Part shown: one piece after another, positions 8,451 through 18,534 of the stretch
Numbering within the stretch: position 1 is the first letter of the stretch
Layout: the number at the start of each line of letters is the position of its first letter
Assembly: GCA_965140445.1 (NCBI GenBank)
Contig: OZ223236.1
Location: 1,120,001 to 1,184,000, forward strand
Length of the DNA: 64,000 bases
Direction: 5' to 3'
Source of the DNA: Candidatus Ozemobacteraceae bacterium
Lineage (GTDB): Bacteria; Muiribacteriota; Ozemobacteria; Ozemobacterales; Ozemobacteraceae
Notes under the pieces: generated by a model
The model's database searches: none
What the model was told of the DNA's origin: nothing
Seen by the model: the letters and a program-made list of their open reading frames with translations, nothing else
Made by a program: the position numbers and the translations under genes

Positions 8451-10313
8451 TCACGTGGGCCCAAGGGCATAAGAAAGCATGAATGTAGAAACGCCATAGT
8501 AGATTAGCAAAGCAAATATGTCGTTTGAAGAAGTAACAAATGGGCCTGAAGCTACTGCTGGATCTATATCAAATTTCTCAAATATTATTGGAACCAAAGC
8601 TCCAAACATTGCCGCAAAAGTCATGGCTGCAAGCATTGCAATTCCTACTGTTGCAGAGAGATGAACTGAAGAGAATGCTCCACTGGAAGCTCCACCAGTT
8701 CTAACAAGAAATTCTGCCCAAACCCCAACAATTAGGCCGCATGCTAATCCCATCATTGCTCCAGACATAATTTCACGCCAGAGACGTTTAGCTAATTCTG
8801 TGCCTGAAAATGAGTTTAGGGCTAATCCGCGAATGACAAGAGTTGAGGATTGAATTCCAGCATTACCGCCCATTGCCATAACAACTGGAACGAAAAAAGC
8901 TAAAGCGATTACTTGTTTGAAGTCACTCATAAAGCTTTTGAGGATTGTGCTGGTCAAAAATCCGGTGCCCAGGGTTATTAATAGCCATGGAAGTCGTGCT
9001 TTACACGCCTGAAATGGTGAAGTGTAAGAAAGTTCATCTTCGCTGGAACCAGCCAACTTAAAGATGTCTTCAGACGCTTCTTCTTCCATTACGTCCATAA
9101 CATCGTCAACGGTTACAACACCAATGATTTGCCCTTTGTCGTTTACTACCGGGATTCCCATCAAGTCATACTTGGCAATCAGGGAAGCCACATCTTCCTG
9201 TGGTGTGTCCGGAGAAACTGATACCAGATCGGTTTCCATTATTTCTGTAACTGGAAGGGCAGGGTTGGCTGATAGCAGGTCGCGGATTGAAACAACCCCC
9301 ATGAACCTTTCTTCTGAATCAATTACATACATGTAGTAGATAATTTCAATGTCTACAGCGACCAGTCGCAGATGTGAAAAGGCGTCAGCAATGGTGAAGT
9401 CTTCGAAGATCGCAGCGTATTCGGTTGTCATTAGACCACCGGCCGTATCTTCTTCGTATTTTAGAAGTTCTCGAACATCACTCGCCTCATCCAGATCCAT
9501 ATGATCAAGAATTGCCTGAGCCTTAACCTGATCCATGTCCTGCAAAAGATCCGCAGCCTCATCAGGTTCCATTTCTTCAATGATTTCTGAGGCTGTTTCT
9601 GTATCGAGCCCTTCAATGATTTGTATCTGTGTCTCTGCTTCTGTTTCGGCAAGGGTTTCAGCTGCTATTTCTTCTTCAAGGTTTTCAAAAACAGATATCC
9701 TGTCAACTTCATTGAGTTCATCAAGAACATCTGCCAGATCTGCAGGGTGAAGAGTCTGAAAGTTATCAGTGGTAAGCTGAGTTGTAAGGCCGGCGAACTG
9801 CTCATTAAAGCCGATAATTTTTTCCCATTCAATGAGGTGTTCTTCTTTGGCAAAGCCAAAACGCCTTAAAAGGGAACCAAGTATTTTATCCAGCTTCATT
9901 CTGCGGAGCGCAGCTCTGAAGCTTATGTCGATCGCAGCAAGCCACATCTCGTTCTTTTTTTCATCAAATGCGACTTTCAGGTCATTAATCTGTACAGCTT
10001 TAACGTCTGTTGTGTCGATTACAGATTTGTCCCAGAGCTGTGTGGCCGTGGCAAACGAGCCTGGTTCATAAATTGGGTAGCTTTTTAGAGTGGTTGCCAA
10101 AGCAAAATTGCCAGGAATAAAAGATTCGAAATCTTTTGCTGGTGCAACGCGTTGCAAACCCGATTCATACTCAAAGACAATTGCTCTGTCAAAAAATGGC
10201 AGATTGTCTCGTAAAATGAGGGTAAAGTCAGTTATATAGCCTGATTGTCTTCCGCTGGCAGTTTTTACAGGAGAGCCAAGCAGGCTTACCAGATGGAGGT
10301 TTTTCCTGCTCAT
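8451..10313 (-). CDS. mgtE: Magnesium transporter MgtE with N-terminal PRC-barrel-like extension
   Basis: HPADLAD MgtE-N, two CBS domains, RLPWL, MGGNAGIQS, DPAVASGPFVT..ND; start is ATG 10313 or TTG 10322. Confidence 0.92.
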   Translation of the reverse strand: MSRKNLHLVSLLGSPVKTASGRQSGYITDFTLILRDNLPFFDRAIVFEYESGLQRVAPAKDFESFIPGNFALATTLKSYPIYEPGSFATATQLWDKSVIDTTDVKAVQINDLKVAFDEKKNEMWLAAIDISFRAALRRMKLDKILGSLLRRFGFAKEEHLIEWEKIIGFNEQFAGLTTQLTTDNFQTLHPADLADVLDELNEVDRISVFENLEEEIAAETLAETEAETQIQIIEGLDTETASEIIEEMEPDEAADLLQDMDQVKAQAILDHMDLDEASDVRELLKYEEDTAGGLMTTEYAAIFEDFTIADAFSHLRLVAVDIEIIYYMYVIDSEERFMGVVSIRDLLSANPALPVTEIMETDLVSVSPDTPQEDVASLIAKYDLMGIPVVNDKGQIIGVVTVDDVMDVMEEEASEDIFKLAGSSEDELSYTSPFQACKARLPWLLITLGTGFLTSTILKSFMSDFKQVIALAFFVPVVMAMGGNAGIQSSTLVIRGLALNSFSGTELAKRLWREIMSGAMMGLACGLIVGVWAEFLVRTGGASSGAFSSVHLSATVGIAMLAAMTFAAMFGALVPIIFEKFDIDPAVASGPFVTSSNDIFALLIYYGVSTFMLSYALGPT

Positions 10314-10615
10314 GATCGTCAATTTCCTTAGTCATGCTTTTCGGCGCTCCCTTCATAAAATTTGTGACTCAATGATACTCTTGAAAGCCTATAATTGCTA
10401 GTTTTTTGATTTAAGAATACCAGGTTTTTTGCAAATATATTGGTGGCAATTGTTGTGGCGGGGAGAATTCTGGAACATATAGTTTGCCCGAAATTAAAGA
10501 AAAATTAAGTGGCGCTGATCAAAAATGTTCATAAAATTTGCGAGTATAGTTAATTGTTGAAACTGACTGCTTTACTTATCATAAGGCTATGATGATAAAT
10601 CAAAGGAGAACGTTT

Positions 10616-11356
10616 ATGAACAAATTTGCTTTTTGTGTCTTACTTTTTTCCCTTTTAATTTGTAACACTGGATTTTCTGCTCAAAAGATTGAGACAACCC
10701 CTGTAAAATTTTCTGAAGTAGATTCTGGAATGCCATACAACGTAAAGGATATACCGGTTAAAGATCCTGAATCAATGTCGGGACTTAGGATTGCCATAGT
10801 GGCTGCTCATGGTTTTGAAGAAGTAGAAGCAACATATCCAATCAACTACTTCCTGGCAAGAGGCGCTGAAGTTGAGATTATAACCCCGGATTGGATAAAA
10901 GATAGGGTAATGGCAGTGCAATTTTTAAAGCCATCTATTTGGTTACCCGTTCACAAGAACATTTCTCAGGCAAAGGTCGAAGATTACTGTGCTATTTTGA
11001 TTCCTGGTGGAGCCTGGAATCCGATTATAATGCGCACAGACAATTCAATTCTTAACTTCATCAAAGATGCGGATAAGGCTAATAAGCTTATTGCAAGTGT
11101 TTGTCATGGCCCTCAGGTTCTTTTGAATGCAGGACTTGTTAAGGGAATTGAAATTACGGGAGTTGGCGATATTCGAACAGACTTAAGAAATGCTGGAGCC
11201 AGGGTCGTTGAGGATATGCCGGTAGTAATCGATGGAAACATTCTTACCAGTAGAGATCCAAATGATCTGGCAGAGTTTTCACAGGCAATCGAAGAGTATC
11301 TTAAAAAAAATAGAGCTTTTTGCAATGCTCAAAAAGAAAATGGACTAGCCAGATAA
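10616..11356 (+). CDS. DJ-1/PfpI family protein with signal peptide
   Basis: GFEEVE, IPGG, VCHGPQ and LTSRDPNDL motifs; AGGAG RBS before ATG 10616. Confidence 0.9.
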   Translation: MNKFAFCVLLFSLLICNTGFSAQKIETTPVKFSEVDSGMPYNVKDIPVKDPESMSGLRIAIVAAHGFEEVEATYPINYFLARGAEVEIITPDWIKDRVMAVQFLKPSIWLPVHKNISQAKVEDYCAILIPGGAWNPIIMRTDNSILNFIKDADKANKLIASVCHGPQVLLNAGLVKGIEITGVGDIRTDLRNAGARVVEDMPVVIDGNILTSRDPNDLAEFSQAIEEYLKKNRAFCNAQKENGLAR

Positions 11357-11375
11357 AAATTTGGTGAACTACAAA

Positions 11376-11416
11376 ATTACTCTGAGTCGTCTTAAACTAG
11401 ATTGACTCAGAGTAAT
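11376..11416 (+). terminator. Stem-loop, probable terminator
   Basis: ATTACTCTGAGTC ... GACTCAGAGTAAT inverted repeat followed by an AT-rich tail. Confidence 0.6.
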
Positions 11417-11461
11417 ATTTATTTAATGATGAGTTTGAAGCTTTATCAATTGTGAGCAAAG

Positions 11462-12322
11462 ATGAAACCAATAAATATTTTACAGCATGAAAATACAAGA
11501 CTTGTAGGCCAAAACCAGCAGTTTTCGCTGTATCTGTTCAGTGGAAACATTAAAGAAGATTTAAAAGTAGTTTTTAAATCGGATCAGCTGGCAATTTTTG
11601 TGTGTTTAGCGGGAAAGCTTGTTAGTAGCACAAAAACTTTGAGTTATCACCTGAGCGAGAATTTGATTTCTTTTGCTCTGAGCCATGACTGTAAAAAAGT
11701 AATCCCGAAAAGTAATTTGACTGAATTTCTTATTTTAACTTTTTCAAAGGAAACTCTTGAAGAGCTTATTCATGATACTGGTGAAGATGTGCATCTCACT
11801 ATGAGTCACTTCACTTCTTGCCAGTGCACCGTAAACAACTGTAATTCTGAAATTCTTACTCTTGCAAGAAAGCTTTTAAAGGAAGGAACTGAGAAATATT
11901 GGGGTTTCAAAATGAACTCGGAATTAATTTTCAAAGAGCTTTTGGTTTCCTTTGTTAGACTGTTTACCGCTGAAAAGCAAGAAGCCGGTAGCGACACTGT
12001 AGCTCTTGCAAAAGAGATTCTTGAATCTTCAACTAATAAAGAATTGAGTTTAGATAGTCTTGCTGAAACTTGTGGAGTTTCTTCCAGCCATCTTTGCCGA
12101 ATTTTTAAAAAGGCCACCGGACGAACTATTTCTCAGTATTTTAATGCTCTAAAAGTTGATTTGGCATGCAAGCTACTTGCTGAGTCAAACTTATCAATTG
12201 AAGAGGTTGCTTTTGAATCCGGGTTCAATAATCCAAGCTACTTTTTTAGGGTTTTCAAAAAGCAGACTGGAAAATTGCCTCTGGATTGGCGAAGAAATTT
12301 TTCTGTAGCGTCAAAAAACTAA
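11462..12322 (+). CDS. AraC-family transcriptional regulator
   Basis: C-terminal double HTH: LAETCGVSSSHLCRIFKK...VAFESGFNNPSYFFRVFKK. Confidence 0.92.
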   Translation: MKPINILQHENTRLVGQNQQFSLYLFSGNIKEDLKVVFKSDQLAIFVCLAGKLVSSTKTLSYHLSENLISFALSHDCKKVIPKSNLTEFLILTFSKETLEELIHDTGEDVHLTMSHFTSCQCTVNNCNSEILTLARKLLKEGTEKYWGFKMNSELIFKELLVSFVRLFTAEKQEAGSDTVALAKEILESSTNKELSLDSLAETCGVSSSHLCRIFKKATGRTISQYFNALKVDLACKLLAESNLSIEEVAFESGFNNPSYFFRVFKKQTGKLPLDWRRNFSVASKN

Positions 12323-12339
12323 AATTTGGAGATTTCCTG

Positions 12340-12882
12340 ATGGCTGCGCCAAAATATAGCAAAAGGCTTGTTTTTAGAGAAATGACGGTTGAGGACGTTC
12401 CTTTTTTAATGAAGATTTTTTCTGATCCAGTTGCTATGAAGTATTATCCATCAACGAAAACAGATGAAGAAGCTAAGGGATGGATTGAATGGAATTTAAG
12501 AAATTACAAAGAGACTGGCCACGGTTTGTGGCTACTGTTTGATCGCAATAGTGGTGATTTTGTTGGACAATGTGGTTTGGTCCCTCAAAAGGCCAGATTT
12601 TTTCCTGAAATAGAATTGGGCTATCTTCTGGCCAGAGAACACTGGGGAAAGGGATTAGCTACTGAAGCAGCCATGCATTGTCTTGACCATGCTTTTGAGA
12701 TTTTAAAGCTTGAAAAAATCGTTTCATACATAGACCCAAAAAATGCTCCTTCTGAGAAACTCGCTCGAAGACTCGGAATGACTCTTGAGGAATTTTCCTG
12801 CCCATCTAAGAATGCATGGAAAAAGGAAATTAACGTTTTCGCTATTACAGCGGAAAGCTTTCGAAAGCTGCATTTAGAATGA
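12340..12882 (+). CDS. RimJ/RimL-type GNAT acetyltransferase
   Basis: ELGYLL..WGKGLATEA, N.PS..LA.RLG; GGAG RBS before ATG 12340. Confidence 0.88.
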   Translation: MAAPKYSKRLVFREMTVEDVPFLMKIFSDPVAMKYYPSTKTDEEAKGWIEWNLRNYKETGHGLWLLFDRNSGDFVGQCGLVPQKARFFPEIELGYLLAREHWGKGLATEAAMHCLDHAFEILKLEKIVSYIDPKNAPSEKLARRLGMTLEEFSCPSKNAWKKEINVFAITAESFRKLHLE

Positions 12883-12963
12883 TTCCTTTTCTGGTTTTAT
12901 GTAGGAAGGTTGACCTGAAAAGAATTTGGGGCTAGACTTCTAAACATCAAATGTCAAGGACTG

Positions 12964-14274
12964 GTGATTAGAATGGCCTCTCATAGCTGGTTTAACAACT
13001 GGGTTGAAAGAAAAGAAAAATACGCTAGAACAGATGAAAAGTTTTTATCCGAAGACAGATTTGGATCAATTGGAGTGGGAATTGGACTTCCTCCAATAGT
13101 TCAAAAGTCTACGTTTAGTTTTAGAAATGTAAAAGATGGTGCTGATCGATTTTTAGGGTTGTCACAGAGTGGTGAAAAACCATTTGCCAGGATTTACACC
13201 AGACTTGGAAATCCGACTACTGAGTATCTTGAAAAGTCTCTTTTTCAGTTGGATTGTCAGCATATTATTGATGCTGCACTTGCTGCTGATGAAAGAAAGC
13301 CGACTATTGGCTCGCTGGTTTGTTCATCAGGTATGTCTGCCATAGCTTGCACAACTCTGGCTCTTGTTAAAAGCGGTGATTCAATTGTTTCAGGCAGCGT
13401 TTATGGCTGTACCGACAGTTTTTTCCGCTCAATGGAAAAGTTTCAGATTAAAACCCATTTTGTTGAAACTTCTAGCCTGGAGGCGGTGAAAAAGGTTCTT
13501 GATGAAAATCCTTCCGTTTCCATGTTTTTTATGGAAACCCCTGATAATCCAACTTTAAGACTTTCAGATATTGAGGAAATTTCAAAGCTAACCCAGGCCC
13601 GTGGAATACCTCTTGTCGTAGACAATACTTTTGCTACACCATTTTTGCAGCAGCCTTTCAGATTGGGTGCTGATATTGTTATTCAGAGCATGACAAAATA
13701 CGTGAATGGTCACTCTACAAGTGTCGCTGGAGTTGTAATTGCTCCATGGGAATTTGCCAGTGATCACCTGTTTCACGTGTATAAGGATTTTGGACCTACT
13801 CCAAGCCCATTTGATTCATGGCTAAACGCTCAAGGATTACAGACTTTACATCTCAGAATGGAAAGAGCATGCTCTTCAGCCATTGAAATTGCCAAACGTC
13901 TGGAAAAGCACGAAAAGGTAGAGCGCGTTTTTTATCCAGGATTACCTTCACATCCAGACCATGAACTTTGTAAAAAGCAGATGCGTCTTGGTGGAGGAAT
14001 GATTGCACTTGAGTTAAAAGATGGTTTTGAACCTGCCAGCCGATTGATGGATTATTTTGCTTCCTATACTACCCCAGGTGAGCTTGCTGTTAGTTTGGGC
14101 AGTGCAATTACATATTTTCAGCACCCCGCTTCCATGACACATGGCGGAGTTCCAGAGGAAGACCGACTTAAACGCGGAATTACTCAGGGATTAGTTAGAA
14201 TTTCTGTTGGCCTTGAAGGACTAGACACCCTATGGAACGCCATTGAAGAGGGACTTGAAAAAGCTTATAAATAG
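12964..14274 (+). CDS. Methionine gamma-lyase (Cys/Met metabolism PLP enzyme)
   Basis: YTRLGNPT, SGM.A, YGCT (MGL-type Cys), ETP.NP, VDNTF, SMTKYVNGH (PLP Lys), HPASMTH. Confidence 0.85.
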   Translation: MIRMASHSWFNNWVERKEKYARTDEKFLSEDRFGSIGVGIGLPPIVQKSTFSFRNVKDGADRFLGLSQSGEKPFARIYTRLGNPTTEYLEKSLFQLDCQHIIDAALAADERKPTIGSLVCSSGMSAIACTTLALVKSGDSIVSGSVYGCTDSFFRSMEKFQIKTHFVETSSLEAVKKVLDENPSVSMFFMETPDNPTLRLSDIEEISKLTQARGIPLVVDNTFATPFLQQPFRLGADIVIQSMTKYVNGHSTSVAGVVIAPWEFASDHLFHVYKDFGPTPSPFDSWLNAQGLQTLHLRMERACSSAIEIAKRLEKHEKVERVFYPGLPSHPDHELCKKQMRLGGGMIALELKDGFEPASRLMDYFASYTTPGELAVSLGSAITYFQHPASMTHGGVPEEDRLKRGITQGLVRISVGLEGLDTLWNAIEEGLEKAYK

Positions 14275-14291
14275 TAAAGTTATTATTAAGT

Positions 14292-14327
14292 AAAGGCCGT
14301 TGAACACCAGGTCCAACGGCCTTTTTT
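14292..14327. terminator. Bidirectional intrinsic terminator
   Basis: AAAGGCCGTTG...CAACGGCCTTTTTT between convergent genes. Confidence 0.85.
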
Positions 14328-14349
14328 ATTTTGTCAGGAATGATTATTA

Positions 14350-15705
14350 TCAGAGTTTGCCTCTGGCTATTTTATCAATAACATTTCTGAGCAAATCTTG
14401 TTCTGCTGCTATTCCAATCCTCTGGGCACGACTTTGTCCAAGTTCATGATAATTTCTGCCATCTGGGCACACCAGCAGAGTTACTGAAACTTCTTTATCA
14501 AAGTATTTTTGGTTAAACTTTTTGGCAAAAGCTCTGAATTTTCCCGGGCGGGTATCAGCAGGCTTAAATCTAAAAATTTCGATAGGCTTTACCCGGTCAT
14601 TTTCTTTTGCAAATTTAACTGAGCAAAGGGCTGGAGCATAAAGCTTATTCCAGGTTCCTTTTATCATTTCTACCTGCAGCTTAACAGTTGTTGTGGCATA
14701 AGTTGGCTTAGGTTCAAGCTCTTTAAAGGTCAGTCCCTTCTTCTGTAACCATTCTTCCCAACTCAACTTCAAGTCTTCAAAGTAAAGATCTATCAGAACC
14801 AGTTTGTTTTTTTCTTTAACTTCGAGCCCATTAATATCCCTTTGAATAACAAATTCACAGCGCAATCCATTAATTTCTTTTAATAATTCAGGAGTTAACC
14901 ATGATTTTTCCTTGGGGGGAGTGATTTTCATTTCCGGTTTTTGGCCTTCCACAAAAGCGCCAGAAATTGTTCCATCTTCTTTTATAAGACCCATTTTGCC
15001 AGCCGCCCATCGGACTGGGTTAACTTCCACTATTTCACCATCGTAAGGGCGGTTCTTCAAAGCGCGAATTCTACGATCAATCTCAGCTTCTTTTGCCCTG
15101 ATAGAAGGAGGAATTACTCCTTTTGGTAATACGTCATAGATTGTTGTAACTCTTATGGTTGATAAATCTGGTTTTTTCGAGGTGGCAGCTGCTGGGCGTT
15201 TATTTTTTTCTTCTTTTATGCGTTCTTCTCGTATTGTGGTCAAATGTTTGCTATAAAGCACATCTCTCATATAGTCTTTATCTTCAAAGGCGGGGGTTTT
15301 GCTAACCTTAAATTTGTATCCCAACTTGCGAAGATAGCCTGTATAAGTCATTTTTATGTCTTTCAAATAGACATCAGAAGCATAATATAAGCCGCCTTGC
15401 TTTTTTGGTTTGCCAAGTCCGTCATGATAGAGATGAAAAATGGCTTGTTGCTCATTTATGCCTTTTTTTAACTGGTTTTTCAAAAATTCTGAGTCCACTT
15501 CGTCGCTAAACATTATTCGTGGAAGGCACACTCGTTCATTTTTGTCATCAATCTTGACTTGGGCTACCTGAAAAGAGCTTACTGAATTCCAGGTGCCGTT
15601 AACTGGTATTGTCGGCCCAAAAGCTAATGAGACATTATTTAATGAAGTTAAGCATACCAGCAGGATAAACCCAGCCAATATTCCCAATTGTTTTGAAAAT
15701 TTCAT
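14350..15705 (-). CDS. Hypothetical secreted Lys-rich protein with three internal repeats
   Basis: 451 aa ORF with GGGGG RBS and signal peptide. Confidence 0.75.
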   Translation of the reverse strand: MKFSKQLGILAGFILLVCLTSLNNVSLAFGPTIPVNGTWNSVSSFQVAQVKIDDKNERVCLPRIMFSDEVDSEFLKNQLKKGINEQQAIFHLYHDGLGKPKKQGGLYYASDVYLKDIKMTYTGYLRKLGYKFKVSKTPAFEDKDYMRDVLYSKHLTTIREERIKEEKNKRPAAATSKKPDLSTIRVTTIYDVLPKGVIPPSIRAKEAEIDRRIRALKNRPYDGEIVEVNPVRWAAGKMGLIKEDGTISGAFVEGQKPEMKITPPKEKSWLTPELLKEINGLRCEFVIQRDINGLEVKEKNKLVLIDLYFEDLKLSWEEWLQKKGLTFKELEPKPTYATTTVKLQVEMIKGTWNKLYAPALCSVKFAKENDRVKPIEIFRFKPADTRPGKFRAFAKKFNQKYFDKEVSVTLLVCPDGRNYHELGQSRAQRIGIAAEQDLLRNVIDKIARGKL

Positions 15706-16071
15706 TCATTTCCCCCGTTTTATCGGTATCTATTAAGTATAACTGATTACTAATCACATTCAACTCACTCTTTTAAGTCTAAACAAATAAAGGTTAAAAG
15801 GTCTAATTCTAATTAAAAGATTTTCTGGGTATTTACAATAGCTCTATGTAAGCCATTAGAGCAGCACAAATTTATTTTCTAAAATTACTTTGTTTCTCTG
15901 GCAGATCAGTTTGTAGAATCTTTAACTGATAATCAAAAGCAGCAATTTATTAAAAGTTAAAAGCAAAAAAAGAAAGCGCCTCTGGATGTTTGCAAATTTT
16001 TATCTATATTTATCCTTCATACTGTATTACACCTGTGTTATCCTCTAAAAAAAATTAACCGGTGAAAAGAC

Positions 16072-18018
16072 ATGAGTGTAGGAAAAAAACAGGGATATCA
16101 AAAAGCCTGGCAGGTCCAGGTACCTGGAATCAAAATGTTTGATTCCACTACAGATAGGAGAGGGGTAGCAGCCTATTCTGACTCGGGAGTGCTTTATCTT
16201 TTTGACCACAATGGTAAAGAACTTTGGCATCGAGAGACTGGACTTAAGCTTGTTGACATTTCTTTGTCTGATACTCTTGAAATTCTCGCTATCGACAACG
16301 AAAAATATATGCACCTGTTCGGACTTGACGGAACCACACAGTGGCGAAAACGACCTTTTCCTACAGTTGCTGGAAAAATTTCAGCATCCGGGCAGTATAT
16401 GAGTTTTATCACTCCTGATCCGGCAATTATTTCTACCGATAGAGCTCTGCGAACCAGGTGGGTTTATAGAAATTTGTTGAAAAGACCGCTGACTCTTTGC
16501 ATTTCTGATCAAGGGCAAACCACAGCTTTCCCTTGCGCAGATGATAGAGGAGAAGGTATTGGTGCCGTATCCCAAACTGGAAATCCATATGACGCATTCA
16601 TGGGAATCGATCCGGTAATTTCGATTGATGTTGCTGAAGATGGCCAGAATGTACTGGCTCTTGATAAGAATGGCGGGATTTTTTGTATCAATTTTGTAAA
16701 AAGCTTTGGAGTCTGGAAAGGCCAGATTAATTCAGATTTTAACGGTGTATCCTATGCAAGCCTTTCTGGTGAATCACTCGTTTATTCCAGAGACGGGCTT
16801 GTGACGAAGCTGGATGAAAAAGGCGTGCCTGCATGGGAACACAGGTTTTCCGACAGAATTCTAAAAGCGGTTTTAAGCTCGGACTCTCAGGCAATTTACT
16901 ACGCAACCGAGCGTGGAGAAGTTGGTTGTTTAAAAGCTAATACGGGTCAGATTGTTAATCGTCTTGAATTTTTGGAGATTGATGTTCCCGCACCTCTGCC
17001 CGAGAACAAAAGCGAGTTTGTAAAACTTTGGAACGTGGAATTACCCTCCAGATCACCACTGGCAAAGCCTTCTGTGCACCCATGGAAAGGTTCTGAAGGG
17101 GTGGAGTATTTCCTCGTTTGGGATGGAAAAGACAGACTTGTATGTTTGAACGATGTCGGTGAGGAAGTTTGGGAAAATCGGCAAACAGGAATTGATGTTT
17201 TCGCAGTTTCAGTGTCACCCGAGACCGATACTGCTGTGTTGGCAACTTCCAAGGGAATTATTGGCTTTGATTTGTCTGGCTATGAAAAATTCAAATTTTT
17301 TGGAAATTTTTCTGATTTACATCTTTTCCAAAACGAAGCATTGGTTTTGTTGGATAACCGTAGTCAGGTTAAATATTATCAGAACCCCAAGCATTTTTCC
17401 CACGTCCTGAAGACTCCCGAAAAAATTCTGGAAATCATTGGAAACTCTGATTCAGCATATTTAATCGGAGAGCAGAATTTGTACAAGGTTGCTAATACAG
17501 GAGAATTAGTTGCTACCTGGTCGCTCCCGGCTAAAATAAACTCGGCAAAACTTATTGAAAATGGCCGGCTTATCCTTATTGGAACAAGCGGGGGCCACGC
17601 ATTGATCCTCAATGAGGATTTTGAGGAAATCTTCAATTATGAATTGAAGGAGCCTGTTATTCTGGTTGAGTATAATGCGCAGGAAGAAACTGTTTTTGCT
17701 GTCACAATGAACTCTGATGAGGTTCTGACTTTGCAATGCCGAACGGGAGAAATGACCAGAACCAAACTGACCGGTAGACTAAAATATTCTGCCTCAAGCG
17801 AATTTGGAGCAATTCTGGGCACAGAAATGGATCAACTCGGTTTAATCGGCAATAAGGGTGAGCTTCTTGCCAGATACACTTTCCCCGATAAAATTGTTCG
17901 GCTGAGAAGCTGTTGCGAAAATGGAAGATTTCTGGTTCTCTCGGAAGAGTCTGTAAGCTTCTATACAACTTCAAACTCAAGTGTTGAGCACGGAACCATG
18001 AGCTTTCTGGAAATTTAA
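16072..18018 (+). CDS. PQQ/WD40-like beta-propeller protein
   Basis: Repeated blades such as LYLFDHNGKELW, LFGLDGTTQW, KLDEKGVPAW, CLNDVGEEVW. Confidence 0.75.
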   Translation: MSVGKKQGYQKAWQVQVPGIKMFDSTTDRRGVAAYSDSGVLYLFDHNGKELWHRETGLKLVDISLSDTLEILAIDNEKYMHLFGLDGTTQWRKRPFPTVAGKISASGQYMSFITPDPAIISTDRALRTRWVYRNLLKRPLTLCISDQGQTTAFPCADDRGEGIGAVSQTGNPYDAFMGIDPVISIDVAEDGQNVLALDKNGGIFCINFVKSFGVWKGQINSDFNGVSYASLSGESLVYSRDGLVTKLDEKGVPAWEHRFSDRILKAVLSSDSQAIYYATERGEVGCLKANTGQIVNRLEFLEIDVPAPLPENKSEFVKLWNVELPSRSPLAKPSVHPWKGSEGVEYFLVWDGKDRLVCLNDVGEEVWENRQTGIDVFAVSVSPETDTAVLATSKGIIGFDLSGYEKFKFFGNFSDLHLFQNEALVLLDNRSQVKYYQNPKHFSHVLKTPEKILEIIGNSDSAYLIGEQNLYKVANTGELVATWSLPAKINSAKLIENGRLILIGTSGGHALILNEDFEEIFNYELKEPVILVEYNAQEETVFAVTMNSDEVLTLQCRTGEMTRTKLTGRLKYSASSEFGAILGTEMDQLGLIGNKGELLARYTFPDKIVRLRSCCENGRFLVLSEESVSFYTTSNSSVEHGTMSFLEI

Positions 18019-18480
18019 ATGAAACAAAATATCGAAGAATTTGTTATTGCTGATCCACAAGATTGGAAGCTTCTTGAAATGATTTCTGAGGTCGATCAGG
18101 AAGGCTTTGGGGTGGATGGCATAAGTCCTTTTAATCTTTCCATGTTTGCTAGAGCAGGTTATGTCATGGCCCTTATTTCTGATGGAAAGGTTGCTGCGGA
18201 AGCTGTTCTTTTGCGAGGCCATGAGCCGGATACTGGTTTTGTCTTCGGATTTGCATCCTCTGTTGCTTTCAGAGGGCAAGGCAAGGGAACCATTCTTATG
18301 CAGCACATGATAGATTTTGCCCATTCAGTGGGAATGGTTCGATTAGAATTGACGGTAAATCCTGAAAATCCTTTGGCTATTAAGCTTTATCAGGAAAAAT
18401 ACGGATTTGTAAAAATAGAAGACCTCAAAAGTCACCCTGAAAAACACGAGCCAAGAATTCTTATGCAAAAAAAACTTTAG
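18019..18480 (+). CDS. GNAT acetyltransferase (RimI-like)
   Basis: FRGQGKGT..M and LTV.PEN.LAIKLY..YGF motifs. Confidence 0.85.
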   Translation: MKQNIEEFVIADPQDWKLLEMISEVDQEGFGVDGISPFNLSMFARAGYVMALISDGKVAAEAVLLRGHEPDTGFVFGFASSVAFRGQGKGTILMQHMIDFAHSVGMVRLELTVNPENPLAIKLYQEKYGFVKIEDLKSHPEKHEPRILMQKKL

Positions 18481-18534
18481 ACTGCACGGAAAGTAGTGTA
18501 AAGTAGAAAAAAATAGGTTTCGCGAGCGGGTGCT

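Noticed and set aside
10323..10615. Possible Mg2+ (M-box) riboswitch upstream of mgtE
   Set aside because: No recognisable aptamer or terminator/antiterminator structure
15706..16071. 366-bp AT-rich intergenic region as a possible ncRNA
   Set aside because: No stable structure or known RNA motif seen; consistent with divergent promoters
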